Assembly (NCBI GenBank): GCA_049289815.1
Contig: JBATMK010000325.1
Span: 848-64,847 of the forward strand
Direction: 5' to 3'
Length of the DNA: 64,000 bases
DNA from: Flavobacteriales bacterium
GTDB taxonomy: Bacteria; Bacteroidota; Bacteroidia; Flavobacteriales_F; PHOS-HE28
Made by a program: the position numbers and the translations under genes. How positions within the stretch are numbered: the first letter of the stretch is position 1; every line of letters starts with the position of its first letter. A model generated the notes under the pieces. It searched no databases, was not told the DNA's origin, and saw nothing but the letters and a program-made list of their open reading frames with translations. Shown here piece by piece: positions 55,866 through 64,000 of the stretch.

Positions 55866-55890
55866 AGCCCTTCTCCTTGGGAGAAGGGTT
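55866..55890. repeat. Palindromic element CCCTTCTCC-ttg-GGAGAAGGG + TTT (copy 2 of the 33296 element; terminator-like)
   Basis: The reverse complement ACCCTTCTCCCAAGGAGAAGGGC matches CCCCTCTCCCAAGGAGAGGGG at 33296..33320 at 19 of 21 positions. Confidence 0.5.
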
Positions 55891-55900
55891 TGGGATGAGG

Positions 55901-56866
55901 TCAGAACTTCGCCCGGCTCTTCCGGCCGATGCGCTTCTTGCCACGCACCCAGCTGTAACGCTGGCGGTAGAAGTTCGACTGCCCCTTCAATACGTAGCTG
56001 TATGTCAGCGTCATGGTGAGGTAGCTGTCGTTGTGCGTGGGATCGCCACGTATGTTGTCCAAGCCATCGCTGCGTTCTTCCCAGCCATATTGGTACTGGT
56101 CAGGCAAGCTGTTGTCATTGGCCCATGCCGCTGCGCTCTGGTCATACATATCGAAGGCCAATCCACCTACGCCACCAGGCAACAATTCCGGGTTCACGTA
56201 CACCGTGCTGGCATCGTCCAGGTAATCGGTGAAGGTGGTACGCCAGCCGAAGTCCCAACCGATGCGATGGCGGCGCTTGAAGGTGAAATGGAAGCCGAGG
56301 CCGGCCGGGATCGCGAACCCGATCGGGCTGTAGTTGGCCAATTCGGTATCCAGCGGTCGCAAGGACACCCAATCGCCATTGGAAACGTTGGGTGTATCCT
56401 GGCCAACGAACTTGCCTTTCGGGTTGTGGTAGAACACCGCAGCGCCCACGTAGGCGAACAACCGGAAGTCGGCGCGGTACCGTCCGCGGCCCCCGATGTC
56501 GTTGTCGGCATAAATGGTGAACTCCGGCCGCACGTACAACTCGAACATGTCGTTGCGGAAATTCAGGTTGCGGCCGCGGCGCGGGCGGTAGATCGTAAGG
56601 TCATCGTTGCCTTGGATACGCAGGTACATCAAGCCGGCATTGATGCTGATGAACCGGTTGATCTTGCGGCGGGCGAAGATCCCGAATGCCCAGCGGGTCT
56701 GGCTCAACTTCAGGTCGTAGATGAAATCGCGGCGTGGTTTGTCCTTGCCGCCCATCTCACCCAGGTAGTTGGCGGCACCGGCATGTATGCCGATGTCCCA
56801 AGCGTACTGGGCGTTCGCGGTAGCCGTCAGCAGAACGGCAACGATCAGGACGTACAGCTTTCTCAT
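55901..56866 (-). CDS. Outer-membrane beta-barrel protein (porin-like)
   Basis: Signal peptide MRKLYVLIVAVLLTATANAQ. Alternating amphipathic beta-strands. C-terminal aromatic residue (..RAKF). Confidence 0.5.
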   Translation of the reverse strand: MRKLYVLIVAVLLTATANAQYAWDIGIHAGAANYLGEMGGKDKPRRDFIYDLKLSQTRWAFGIFARRKINRFISINAGLMYLRIQGNDDLTIYRPRRGRNLNFRNDMFELYVRPEFTIYADNDIGGRGRYRADFRLFAYVGAAVFYHNPKGKFVGQDTPNVSNGDWVSLRPLDTELANYSPIGFAIPAGLGFHFTFKRRHRIGWDFGWRTTFTDYLDDASTVYVNPELLPGGVGGLAFDMYDQSAAAWANDNSLPDQYQYGWEERSDGLDNIRGDPTHNDSYLTMTLTYSYVLKGQSNFYRQRYSWVRGKKRIGRKSRAKF

Positions 56867-57017
56867 CAGCGGTTGGCTAGGCAGGGATCACGAACGCGCA
56901 AACTTAGAAAAGTTCCCACCCGGCCGACGGGTCGGCCGGGCAGGGAGATTTCAACGATCGACAAGGGCAGGAGGATGCCCGACCGGCAGTGTGGGCGCGG
57001 TTACATTCGGCACCCCG

Positions 57018-57977
57018 ATGGAGAACCGCGTCAGTGCCCTGTTCCGTACCCGTTACCCTGTGGTGCAGGCGGGAATGATCTGGTGCAGCGGGTGGAGGTT
57101 GGCGAGCGCCGTGGCCAATGCCGGTGGGCTGGGCCTCATCGGTAGTGGCAGCATGTACCCCGATGTTCTGCGGGAGCACATCCGCAAGTGCAAGGCCGCA
57201 ACGCAACAACCCTTCGGGGTCAATGTTCCTCTGCTCTATCCCAACGTGCAGGAGCACATGACCACCATCATCGAGGAAGGGGTGAAGGTTGTCTTCACCA
57301 GCGCTGGAAGTCCCGGGACCTGGACGGCGAAGCTGAAGGAGCATGGGATCACGGTGGTGCATGTGGTCAGCAGCGTGAAGTTCGCCAGGAAGGCCGTGGA
57401 GGCAGGGGCGGATGCCGTGGTGGCCGAAGGCTTCGAGGCCGGTGGCCACAATGGCCGCGAGGAGACCACCACGATGGTGCTCATCCCCATGGTGCGCGAC
57501 GCTGTGGATGTACCGTTGATCGCCGCTGGTGGCATCGGTGATGGGCGCGCCATGGTGGCGGCCATGGCCCTCGGTGCCGATGGTGTTCAGGTGGGCAGCC
57601 GTTTCGCTTGCAGCGAGGAGAGCAGCGGCCATGCCAACTTCAAGCAACGCGTGATCAACAGCTCCGAAGGCGACACGATCCTCACTTTGAAGGAACTGGC
57701 CCCGGTGCGGTTGATCAAGAACGGGTTCTACAAGGACGTTGAAGCCGCATATGCCCGTGGCGCGAACGTGGACGAACTGAAACAGGTGCTCGGCCGTGCC
57801 CGGGCCAAGCGCGGCATGTTCGAGGGGGATCTGGAGCAGGGTGAACTGGAGATCGGGCAGGTGAGCGCGGCATTGAACGACATTCTGCCGGCCGCTGCGA
57901 TCCTCGAACGGTTGATGGAAGAATACCGGACCTCTCTTGTCCGGATCGCAGGAATGTCGAGGTTCGATCGGCCATGA
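57018..57977 (+). CDS. Nitronate monooxygenase / enoyl-ACP reductase II (NMO/FabK family, FMN-dependent)
   Basis: RYPVVQAGMIWCSGWRLASAVANAGGLGLIGSG, GGIGDGRAMVAAMALGADGVQVGSRF. Start refined to the ATG at 57018. Confidence 0.8.
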   Translation: MENRVSALFRTRYPVVQAGMIWCSGWRLASAVANAGGLGLIGSGSMYPDVLREHIRKCKAATQQPFGVNVPLLYPNVQEHMTTIIEEGVKVVFTSAGSPGTWTAKLKEHGITVVHVVSSVKFARKAVEAGADAVVAEGFEAGGHNGREETTTMVLIPMVRDAVDVPLIAAGGIGDGRAMVAAMALGADGVQVGSRFACSEESSGHANFKQRVINSSEGDTILTLKELAPVRLIKNGFYKDVEAAYARGANVDELKQVLGRARAKRGMFEGDLEQGELEIGQVSAALNDILPAAAILERLMEEYRTSLVRIAGMSRFDRP

Positions 57978-58029
57978 TGGCAACAAGCCGACCTTTGCGA
58001 GCGTCTGCCATGTGGCAACGATCCGGCCG

Positions 58030-60105
58030 ATGAAGCGTTGGTATCCCGTGCGGTTTTCCCTGTTCGCGCTTGCGTTCGTTGGCGGCTTGCGGTCACAGGC
58101 CGTTGTCCTCGACCCACCGGTCCTGCATTGCGCCTCGGTGAACCTGGTCGGCGACGTCACCATTACATGGACCCCTCCAGCCGATCCGGGTGGTGATTTC
58201 CAGGAATACCAATTGTTCAGCGGCCCTAGTGGTGGCCCTTATTCTCTGCTGACGGTGATACCCGTGTACGGTACAACCTCGTACTACAACGCGGGTGCGG
58301 GAGCCGACTCCGGTCCGCAGTGCTATTTCCTCACCACCGTCTCCACGTCGCCACCACCGAACACTTCGGTGCCGAGCGATACCCTGTGCACCATTTTTCT
58401 TACGGTGGGGCAAAGCGCGCCGTTGGGCAGCGCTGTCTTGGATTGGACCCCGCAACATGTGCCGCCGATCCCTTCGGCAAGTGCCAACTACAGCATTTGG
58501 ATGGAGTATCCGCAGGGTACATGGAGCCAGGTGGCGGCTGTGCCCAATACGGTGCTGCATTACGAGCACGTGATCGATATCTGCGACGATTCGCTCACCT
58601 TCCGCATCGGGCTGGTGGACGCATTGGGCTGTGTGAGCTTCAGCAATCTGGCCGGGGATATGTTCGCCGACGCGACCCCGCCGAGCGTTCCGGTGATGCA
58701 AACCGTGAGCGTCGATTCAGTGACCTGTCTCACCACCGTGACATGGGCCCCGAGCCCTGAAGCGGATACGGATGGCTACATCCTTGTGTTGGTAACAGCA
58801 GGGGGCAATATCGTCATCGATACCGTTTGGGGCGGCACGAGCAGCACCTTCATCTGGCCGCTGAGCGGACCATGTACCGGACCCGAGGGATGGACGGTAG
58901 CCGCCTTCGACACGTGTTACACCGGGAACCCTGCAAGCCCGAACACCAGCGCCACCGGTTCTCCGCACACCACTGTTTTCGCTTTCAACGATTACGACGC
59001 ATGCGATGCGGAGATCACCATTGGCTGGACGCAGTACGAAGGGTGGGATGTGGCCGCGTATGACCTGTACGCGCAGGTGGATGGTGGTCCGTGGTTCCTG
59101 TTGAGCATCCATGGACCGAACGACTTCAGCGCCGTGCACACCGGAGTGGATCCATTCAAGACATACTGCTACGTGGTGAAGGCGCGCGAGAGCGGTGGCC
59201 TTCGGACGGCATTGAGCAACAAGACCTGCGTGGTAACGAGCTATCCCGGTCTGCCCGCGTTCAATTATCTGAGCAACGCAACGGTGGTGGCCCCGAACGA
59301 AGTGCTGGTGACCGACGAGGTGGATATGACCGCCGAGGTGAAACGGTATCACTTGCAACGCAGTCGCAACGGGCTCCCATTCGAAACAGTGCAGAGCATC
59401 CCCGGCGGTGGCGGACCAACACTCAACTTCACGGATCTTGATGTGCAAACGAACGAGCGCAGTTACCGTTACCGCGTGGTGGTGGAGGACAGCTGCGGTA
59501 CGATCACCCTCACGAGTAACGAAGGGAACACCATCCACCTTACCGTGGAAGCCGGGCTGGACGGCATCAACAGTTTGCGGTGGAACGGCTATGTGGGTTG
59601 GGCCGGCGTGCCGTCGGGTTTCAACATCTACCGCAGCATCGGCGATGCACCCTTCGCCCTCTTGGCGAGCAACCCGCCTGCGCAAGCCGACTTCATGGAT
59701 GACGTGGGCGACTTCTTCGAGAGCAACGGCCGCTTCTGCTATTACGTGGAGAGCCTCGAAGCGGCTGATCCTTCAGGCGTGAACGCTGTGTCGGTGAGCA
59801 ACGTGGCGTGTGCGGTGCAACAGGAACAGTTCTGGGTGCCCAACGCGTTCATTGCCGGCGGTGCGAACGAGTACTTCATCCCGGTTACCGCTTACACAGA
59901 TATCACCGGATACGAGTTCACCATCTTCAACCGATGGGGACAGCCGATCTGGACCACCAACGACAGGTTCCAACCATGGGATGGCCGTGTGGAGGGTGAT
60001 TTCGTGCCGCAGGGCGTGTATGCTTGGTACTGCACGTTCCGCAACGGTGGCGGGCAGCAGTTCACCGAGCGCGGCACGGTGACTTTCCTCTACGCCGTGG
60101 ACTGA
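58030..60105 (+). CDS. Gliding-motility-associated C-terminal domain (T9SS type-B CTD) cell-surface protein with Ig/Fn3-like repeats
   Basis: Signal peptide [24 protein letters not shown]. Repeated beta-sandwich modules. The C-terminal roughly 90 aa, [35 protein letters not shown]...[21 protein letters not shown], is the canonical type-B CTD. Confidence 0.7.
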   Translation: MKRWYPVRFSLFALAFVGGLRSQAVVLDPPVLHCASVNLVGDVTITWTPPADPGGDFQEYQLFSGPSGGPYSLLTVIPVYGTTSYYNAGAGADSGPQCYFLTTVSTSPPPNTSVPSDTLCTIFLTVGQSAPLGSAVLDWTPQHVPPIPSASANYSIWMEYPQGTWSQVAAVPNTVLHYEHVIDICDDSLTFRIGLVDALGCVSFSNLAGDMFADATPPSVPVMQTVSVDSVTCLTTVTWAPSPEADTDGYILVLVTAGGNIVIDTVWGGTSSTFIWPLSGPCTGPEGWTVAAFDTCYTGNPASPNTSATGSPHTTVFAFNDYDACDAEITIGWTQYEGWDVAAYDLYAQVDGGPWFLLSIHGPNDFSAVHTGVDPFKTYCYVVKARESGGLRTALSNKTCVVTSYPGLPAFNYLSNATVVAPNEVLVTDEVDMTAEVKRYHLQRSRNGLPFETVQSIPGGGGPTLNFTDLDVQTNERSYRYRVVVEDSCGTITLTSNEGNTIHLTVEAGLDGINSLRWNGYVGWAGVPSGFNIYRSIGDAPFALLASNPPAQADFMDDVGDFFESNGRFCYYVESLEAADPSGVNAVSVSNVACAVQQEQFWVPNAFIAGGANEYFIPVTAYTDITGYEFTIFNRWGQPIWTTNDRFQPWDGRVEGDFVPQGVYAWYCTFRNGGGQQFTERGTVTFLYAVD

Positions 60106-60140
60106 TGATCGGGCATTTCGCCCGATCATTACTTTTGGCC

Positions 60141-61670
60141 ATGGATCAGAACACTGCGATCACGGGCAGAGCCAAGGTTGCCCCGGCTGTTGATGTGAAC
60201 GGCCAATCCGCTTCCAGCAAGTTCATCGAAGGCCTTACGTACGACGACGTACTGCTCGTACCTGCTTACAGCGAGGTGTTGCCACGCGAGGTGGACATCC
60301 GTACCCGTCTCTCGCGCAACATCATCCTCAACGTGCCGATCGTCAGTGCGGCAATGGATACGGTAACCGGAGCGGACCTGGCGGTTTCCATCGCACAGCA
60401 GGGTGGCATCGGCGTGATCCACAAGAACCAAACGATCCTGGAACAGGCGGCCGAAGTGCGCCGCGTGAAGCGCAGCGAGAGCGGCATGATCCAGGATCCC
60501 ATCACCCTGCACGAGGATGCGCTCGTAGGCGATGCATTGAAACTGATGGCCGAGAACAAGATCGGCGGCATACCGGTGGTGAACGCCGCAGGGATCCTCG
60601 TGGGCATCGTAACGAACCGCGATCTGCGGTTCGAGAAGAAGACCGGCCGTCCGGTGGTGGAAGTGATGACCAAGGATCACATCATCACGGCCAAGCCTGA
60701 TACTTCAATGGCGCAGGCCGAGGACATCCTGCAGGAACACAAGATCGAGAAGCTGCCGGTGGTGGATGCGAAAGGCAAGCTCGTGGGCCTCATCACGTAC
60801 AAGGACATCATCAAGCTGAAGCAGCGGCCCAACGCGGCCAAGGACAAGCATGGCCGCCTGCGCGTGGCGGCCGCGATCGGTGTTACTGCGGACAGCTTGG
60901 AGCGCGCCCATGCCCTCGTTGAAGCTGGCGTGGATGCATTGGTGATCGACACCGCGCACGGTCACACGCGCGGGGTGATGGACATGCTGAAGCAGGTGAA
61001 ATCAACGTTCGGCGCGATCGATGTGATCGTGGGGAACATCGCCACGGCTGCGGCAGCACGAGCGTTGGTGGATGCCGGTGCGGATGCCGTGAAAGTGGGC
61101 ATCGGGCCGGGCAGCATCTGCACCACGCGGGTCATTGCAGGAGTCGGGGTTCCACAGCTCACGGCGGTCTTCGATTGTGCAAAGGCTATTGAAGGCAGTG
61201 GTGTGCCCGTGATCGCCGATGGTGGCATCCGTTACACGGGCGATATGGTGAAAGCCCTCGCCGCCGGTGCGGGCACGGTGATGATCGGCAGCATGTTCGC
61301 CGGCGTTGAAGAGAGCCCCGGCGAGACGATCATTTTCGAAGGCCGCCGCTTCAAGACCTACCGCGGCATGGGCAGCATCGAAGCCATGCAGCAGGGTAGC
61401 AAGGACCGTTACTTCCAGGACATGGAGGACGACATCAAGAAGTTGGTACCCGAAGGCATCAGTGGACGTGTGCCATACAAAGGCAAACTGGCCGAAGTGG
61501 TGCACCAGCTCGTTGGTGGTTTGCGTGCCGGCATGGGTTACTGCGGAGCCAAGGACATGACCGCGCTCAAGGGCGCGCAGTTCATCCGGATCACCAGCGC
61601 CGGTGTAACGGAGAGCCATCCTCACGACGTGTTCATCACGCGCGAGGCACCGAATTACAGCCATCTGTAG
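60141..61670 (+). CDS. guaB: Inosine-5'-monophosphate dehydrogenase
   Basis: [11 protein letters not shown]. Tandem CBS domains. Catalytic loop [43 protein letters not shown]. Confidence 0.9.
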   Translation: MDQNTAITGRAKVAPAVDVNGQSASSKFIEGLTYDDVLLVPAYSEVLPREVDIRTRLSRNIILNVPIVSAAMDTVTGADLAVSIAQQGGIGVIHKNQTILEQAAEVRRVKRSESGMIQDPITLHEDALVGDALKLMAENKIGGIPVVNAAGILVGIVTNRDLRFEKKTGRPVVEVMTKDHIITAKPDTSMAQAEDILQEHKIEKLPVVDAKGKLVGLITYKDIIKLKQRPNAAKDKHGRLRVAAAIGVTADSLERAHALVEAGVDALVIDTAHGHTRGVMDMLKQVKSTFGAIDVIVGNIATAAAARALVDAGADAVKVGIGPGSICTTRVIAGVGVPQLTAVFDCAKAIEGSGVPVIADGGIRYTGDMVKALAAGAGTVMIGSMFAGVEESPGETIIFEGRRFKTYRGMGSIEAMQQGSKDRYFQDMEDDIKKLVPEGISGRVPYKGKLAEVVHQLVGGLRAGMGYCGAKDMTALKGAQFIRITSAGVTESHPHDVFITREAPNYSHL

Positions 61671-61728
61671 CCCAACTTGAGCGCTTAAGAACACTTGTGC
61701 TTCCTGCCCCATCGGGCGAGCACGCGCC

Positions 61729-62499
61729 TCACATCTTCACGAACCGCGCAGTATGCCCGCCGCGGTCGGTACTGCACACGATCGCATAAGCCCCGCTGGC
61801 GAGATGCCGCACATCGATCGTAGACACCACATCGGTCGTCTTGATCCGTTGCACGGGCCGCCCATCGCTGGCGATGATCCAGAATTCAGCAGGTTGCCCG
61901 TTGCCGGTGCTCAACGTGATGGTCTCCTCGGCAAGGGCCGGCACCACTGTTACGCCGCCGATCGCATGCTCCTGGACCGCCCCCGGTTCACCACCCGAGA
62001 TCACGATGTTGTCGATCACATAGGCCGTGGTCTGGTCATCGTCGAGAATGATGTACGCGATGTTCGCTGAGCCTGTTGTAACCTCAATGCGTTCGGGGCT
62101 CGCACTTGAGAAGGTCGTGAGGATGTTGCTGTTTACGTCGTACGCCGTGCCGACGATATAGTCGATCTCCGAACCGATCGGATTGTCGAACGACACGTAA
62201 CCCACGGGCACATGCGTGGTTCCGTTAACCGGGTCCACGAAATCCATGCGCAGCTCGCCGTACCAATCGTAGCTGTGCAACACGCTGGTCCAGCTCAAGC
62301 TGCCATAGTCATAGGTCACCGGTGGGGTGGCGATTCCGTTGCTGCTGAAGACCACGCCGCAGGCTTGGTACTGGTTCGTGAAATCAGTGCCGCTGGCAAT
62401 ACCTTCAAAATCGAGCGTATCGCACTGAGCGACCGATCCAAGCTTGCATAGCATAAGGAGGACGGTGGCAAAAGAGAGGAGGGGGAGACGTGTGGTCAT
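61729..62499 (-). CDS. T9SS type-A C-terminal sorting domain secreted protein
   Basis: Signal peptide MTTRLPLLSFATVLLMLCKLGSVAQ. C-terminal Por-secretion tail (..DVRHLASGAYAIVCSTDRGGHTARFVKM). Confidence 0.55.
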   Translation of the reverse strand: MTTRLPLLSFATVLLMLCKLGSVAQCDTLDFEGIASGTDFTNQYQACGVVFSSNGIATPPVTYDYGSLSWTSVLHSYDWYGELRMDFVDPVNGTTHVPVGYVSFDNPIGSEIDYIVGTAYDVNSNILTTFSSASPERIEVTTGSANIAYIILDDDQTTAYVIDNIVISGGEPGAVQEHAIGGVTVVPALAEETITLSTGNGQPAEFWIIASDGRPVQRIKTTDVVSTIDVRHLASGAYAIVCSTDRGGHTARFVKM

Positions 62500-62703
62500 A
62501 AGCCTGTTGTTTTGATATGGAAAGGTAGGTGGCCGGTGTTTGCGCGCGCGACTTACACCGGTCATCGGCCTTCGATCTTTTTAACTGCGGTGCGCCCTGC
62601 GGCCCGCAAGCGATCCCGGTTAGATTTGGCACCCTTTTGCAAGCCCCCGTCCACAGTGAGCGTGGGGGCTGATCCCCGAACAACGACTCAACCCCTACTC
62701 GAG

Positions 62704-64000
62704 ATGATCCTGAAGATGTGGATGCCGGCCATCGCCCTTACGGTGTTGGCACAAAGCGCCGTGGCCCAGAGCAGCAACGGAAAAGGCGAGGGCCTCGCCA
62801 CCGATGATCCCGTGCTGATGACCGTTGATGGCAAGCCGGTCACCCGCAGCGAGTTCGAGGGGATCTACAAGAAGAACAACAAGGACGCCGCCGTTACCAA
62901 GGAGGCGTTGAACGAATACCTGGAGCTCTTCATCAACTACAAGTTGAAAGTGCGCGAGGCCGAGACCCTGGGCATGGATACGGTGAGGAAGTTCCGCGAT
63001 GAACTGGCCGGGTACCGCACGCAACTGGCGCGGCCCTACTTGGTGGACCGCAACCTGAACGACCAGTTGATGCAGGAGGCCTATGGCCGCAGCCAGCAGG
63101 AAGTGCATGCCAGCCACATCCTTGTCTCCTGTACTCCTGAGGCGTCGCCCGAAGACACCATGAAGGCTTTCAAACGGATCATGAGCTTGCGCGATCGTGT
63201 GATGGGTGGCGAGGATTTCGCCGTGGTGGCCAAGGCCGGAAGCAACGACCCCAGCGCTGCGCAGAACGGGGGCGACCTGGGTTACTTCAGTGCCCTGCAA
63301 ATGGTATATCCCTTCGAGACCGTTGCCTACTCCACTCCTGTCGGTGAAGTGAGCAAACCGGTGCGTACGCGCTTCGGTTACCACATCATCAAGGTGCTGG
63401 ACAAGCGTCCCGCGCGCGGCCAGGTGAAGGTGGCCCACATCATGCTGCGTGCGGCTGAGAACGATACAGCGAAGCAAGCGGCGATCGAAAAGAAAGTGCA
63501 TGAGATCCATGCCCTGTGCGTTGCAACCCCGGACCAGTTCGCCGATCTGGCGTTGAAGTACAGCGAGGATGGTGGCACCAGTGCGAAGGGCGGGGAGCTG
63601 CCCATGTTCGGCACGGGCAAAATGATCGAGGAGTTCGAGAACGAAAGCTTCAAGCTCACGGCCGATGGCCAGATCAGCGAGCCGTTCAAGACGCGCTACG
63701 GCTGGCACATCGTGAAACGGTTGGAGTACCAGGCACCGCCCACCTTCGATCAGGCGAAGAGCGAGTTGAAAGGCAAGATCCAAAAGGACAGCCGCGCAGA
63801 CATCACCAAGCGCGCTTTCAGTGCACAACTGCGCAAGGATTACAAGTACACGCCGGTGATGAAGAACATCAAGCCGCTGTACGCGATGATCGACAGCACG
63901 ATCTTCATGAAAGGCAGCAACCTGAGCGACACGCTTCTGCGTAGCCAGGTGGTGGAAGGTCCGCTTACCATGAACGGTATGCGCTACAACCGGGAGATCA
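62704..64000 (+). CDS. Peptidyl-prolyl cis-trans isomerase, SurA/PpiC (parvulin) family; 3'-truncated by the window edge
   Basis: Signal peptide MILKMWMPAIALTVLAQSAVAQS. SurA-like N-terminal chaperone region. Two parvulin motifs (HASHILV...GGDLGYF...GYHIIK and VAHIML...GGELPMF...GWHIVK). No stop before 64000. Confidence 0.75.
   Translation, partial: MILKMWMPAIALTVLAQSAVAQSSNGKGEGLATDDPVLMTVDGKPVTRSEFEGIYKKNNKDAAVTKEALNEYLELFINYKLKVREAETLGMDTVRKFRDELAGYRTQLARPYLVDRNLNDQLMQEAYGRSQQEVHASHILVSCTPEASPEDTMKAFKRIMSLRDRVMGGEDFAVVAKAGSNDPSAAQNGGDLGYFSALQMVYPFETVAYSTPVGEVSKPVRTRFGYHIIKVLDKRPARGQVKVAHIMLRAAENDTAKQAAIEKKVHEIHALCVATPDQFADLALKYSEDGGTSAKGGELPMFGTGKMIEEFENESFKLTADGQISEPFKTRYGWHIVKRLEYQAPPTFDQAKSELKGKIQKDSRADITKRAFSAQLRKDYKYTPVMKNIKPLYAMIDSTIFMKGSNLSDTLLRSQVVEGPLTMNGMRYNREI

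Noticed and set aside
55640-55944. Small ORFs 55640..55864 (+) and 55723..55944 (-) in the T9SS/OMP intergenic region
   Set aside because: They overlap the two terminator-like hairpins, and their 'proteins' are translations of the palindromes (for example ...PSPKEKGF...). They are almost certainly non-coding.
56769-57977. N-terminal 83-codon extension of the nitronate monooxygenase ORF
   Set aside because: The extension is antisense to the OMP gene and non-protein-like. NMO homologues begin at the conserved M-x-N-R-V-S-x-L-F block, so I placed the start at 57018.
1-64000. Looked for CRISPR arrays, tRNA/rRNA genes, transposases, integrases and prophage genes
   Set aside because: No direct-repeat/spacer periodicity. 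No T-loop-like GTTCGAATCC-type tRNA signatures in intergenic stretches. No DDE transposase or tyrosine recombinase motifs. The island appears to be non-mobile, or its mobility genes lie outside the window.

Overview
This 64-kb window is high-GC (about 60%) bacterial DNA that looks like Bacteroidota. The markers for that are an XrtF-type exosortase, several proteins with T9SS type-A and type-B C-terminal sorting domains, and gliding-motility-type adhesins.

Housekeeping genes sit at both ends. Near the left end are an HTTM/DUF5819 pair, a 4Fe-4S protein, a DUF218 lipoprotein and glyA. Near the right end are a nitronate monooxygenase, guaB and a SurA-like PPIase that runs off the window edge.

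The centre, roughly 7.2-54.9 kb, is one very large and almost entirely co-directional polysaccharide biosynthesis island. It contains:
- a Wzc-like BY-kinase co-polymerase with an unusual poly-(Gly-Tyr) tail;
- a Wzm/Wzt ABC exporter whose ATPase carries a C-terminal glycan-binding domain, alongside a Wzy/O-antigen-ligase-like membrane protein;
- at least 14 glycosyltransferases (GT2 and GT4), two sulfotransferases, four SAM methyltransferases, two DegT-type aminotransferases and a TagF-like glycerophosphotransferase;
- WecB, three NAD-dependent sugar epimerases/dehydratases, a hexapeptide acetyltransferase, and two diverged MBOAT + SGNH-like partner pairs;
- two CotH-family (Fam20-like atypical kinase) proteins next to a metallophosphoesterase.

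The findings I consider most worth follow-up are these:
- the sulfotransferase plus CotH-kinase content of the island, which suggests a sulfated and possibly phosphorylated polysaccharide;
- an XrtF exosortase operon immediately upstream of the island, with a tiny Pro/Gly/Cys-rich cargo peptide carrying a non-canonical C-terminal sorting signal;
- a tandem triplication of about 258-aa secreted proteins with a conserved Cys-rich C-terminal domain reminiscent of a C-type lectin fold, each ending in ...RCCY, next to a T9SS cargo gene;
- a truncated duplicate of a glycosyltransferase C-terminus;
- a roughly 21-bp palindromic element present in two copies;
- several strong hairpins that could be terminators or regulators.

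I saw no rRNA, tRNA, CRISPR array, transposase or integrase. All functional calls rest on motif recognition by eye and should be confirmed by homology or HMM searches.
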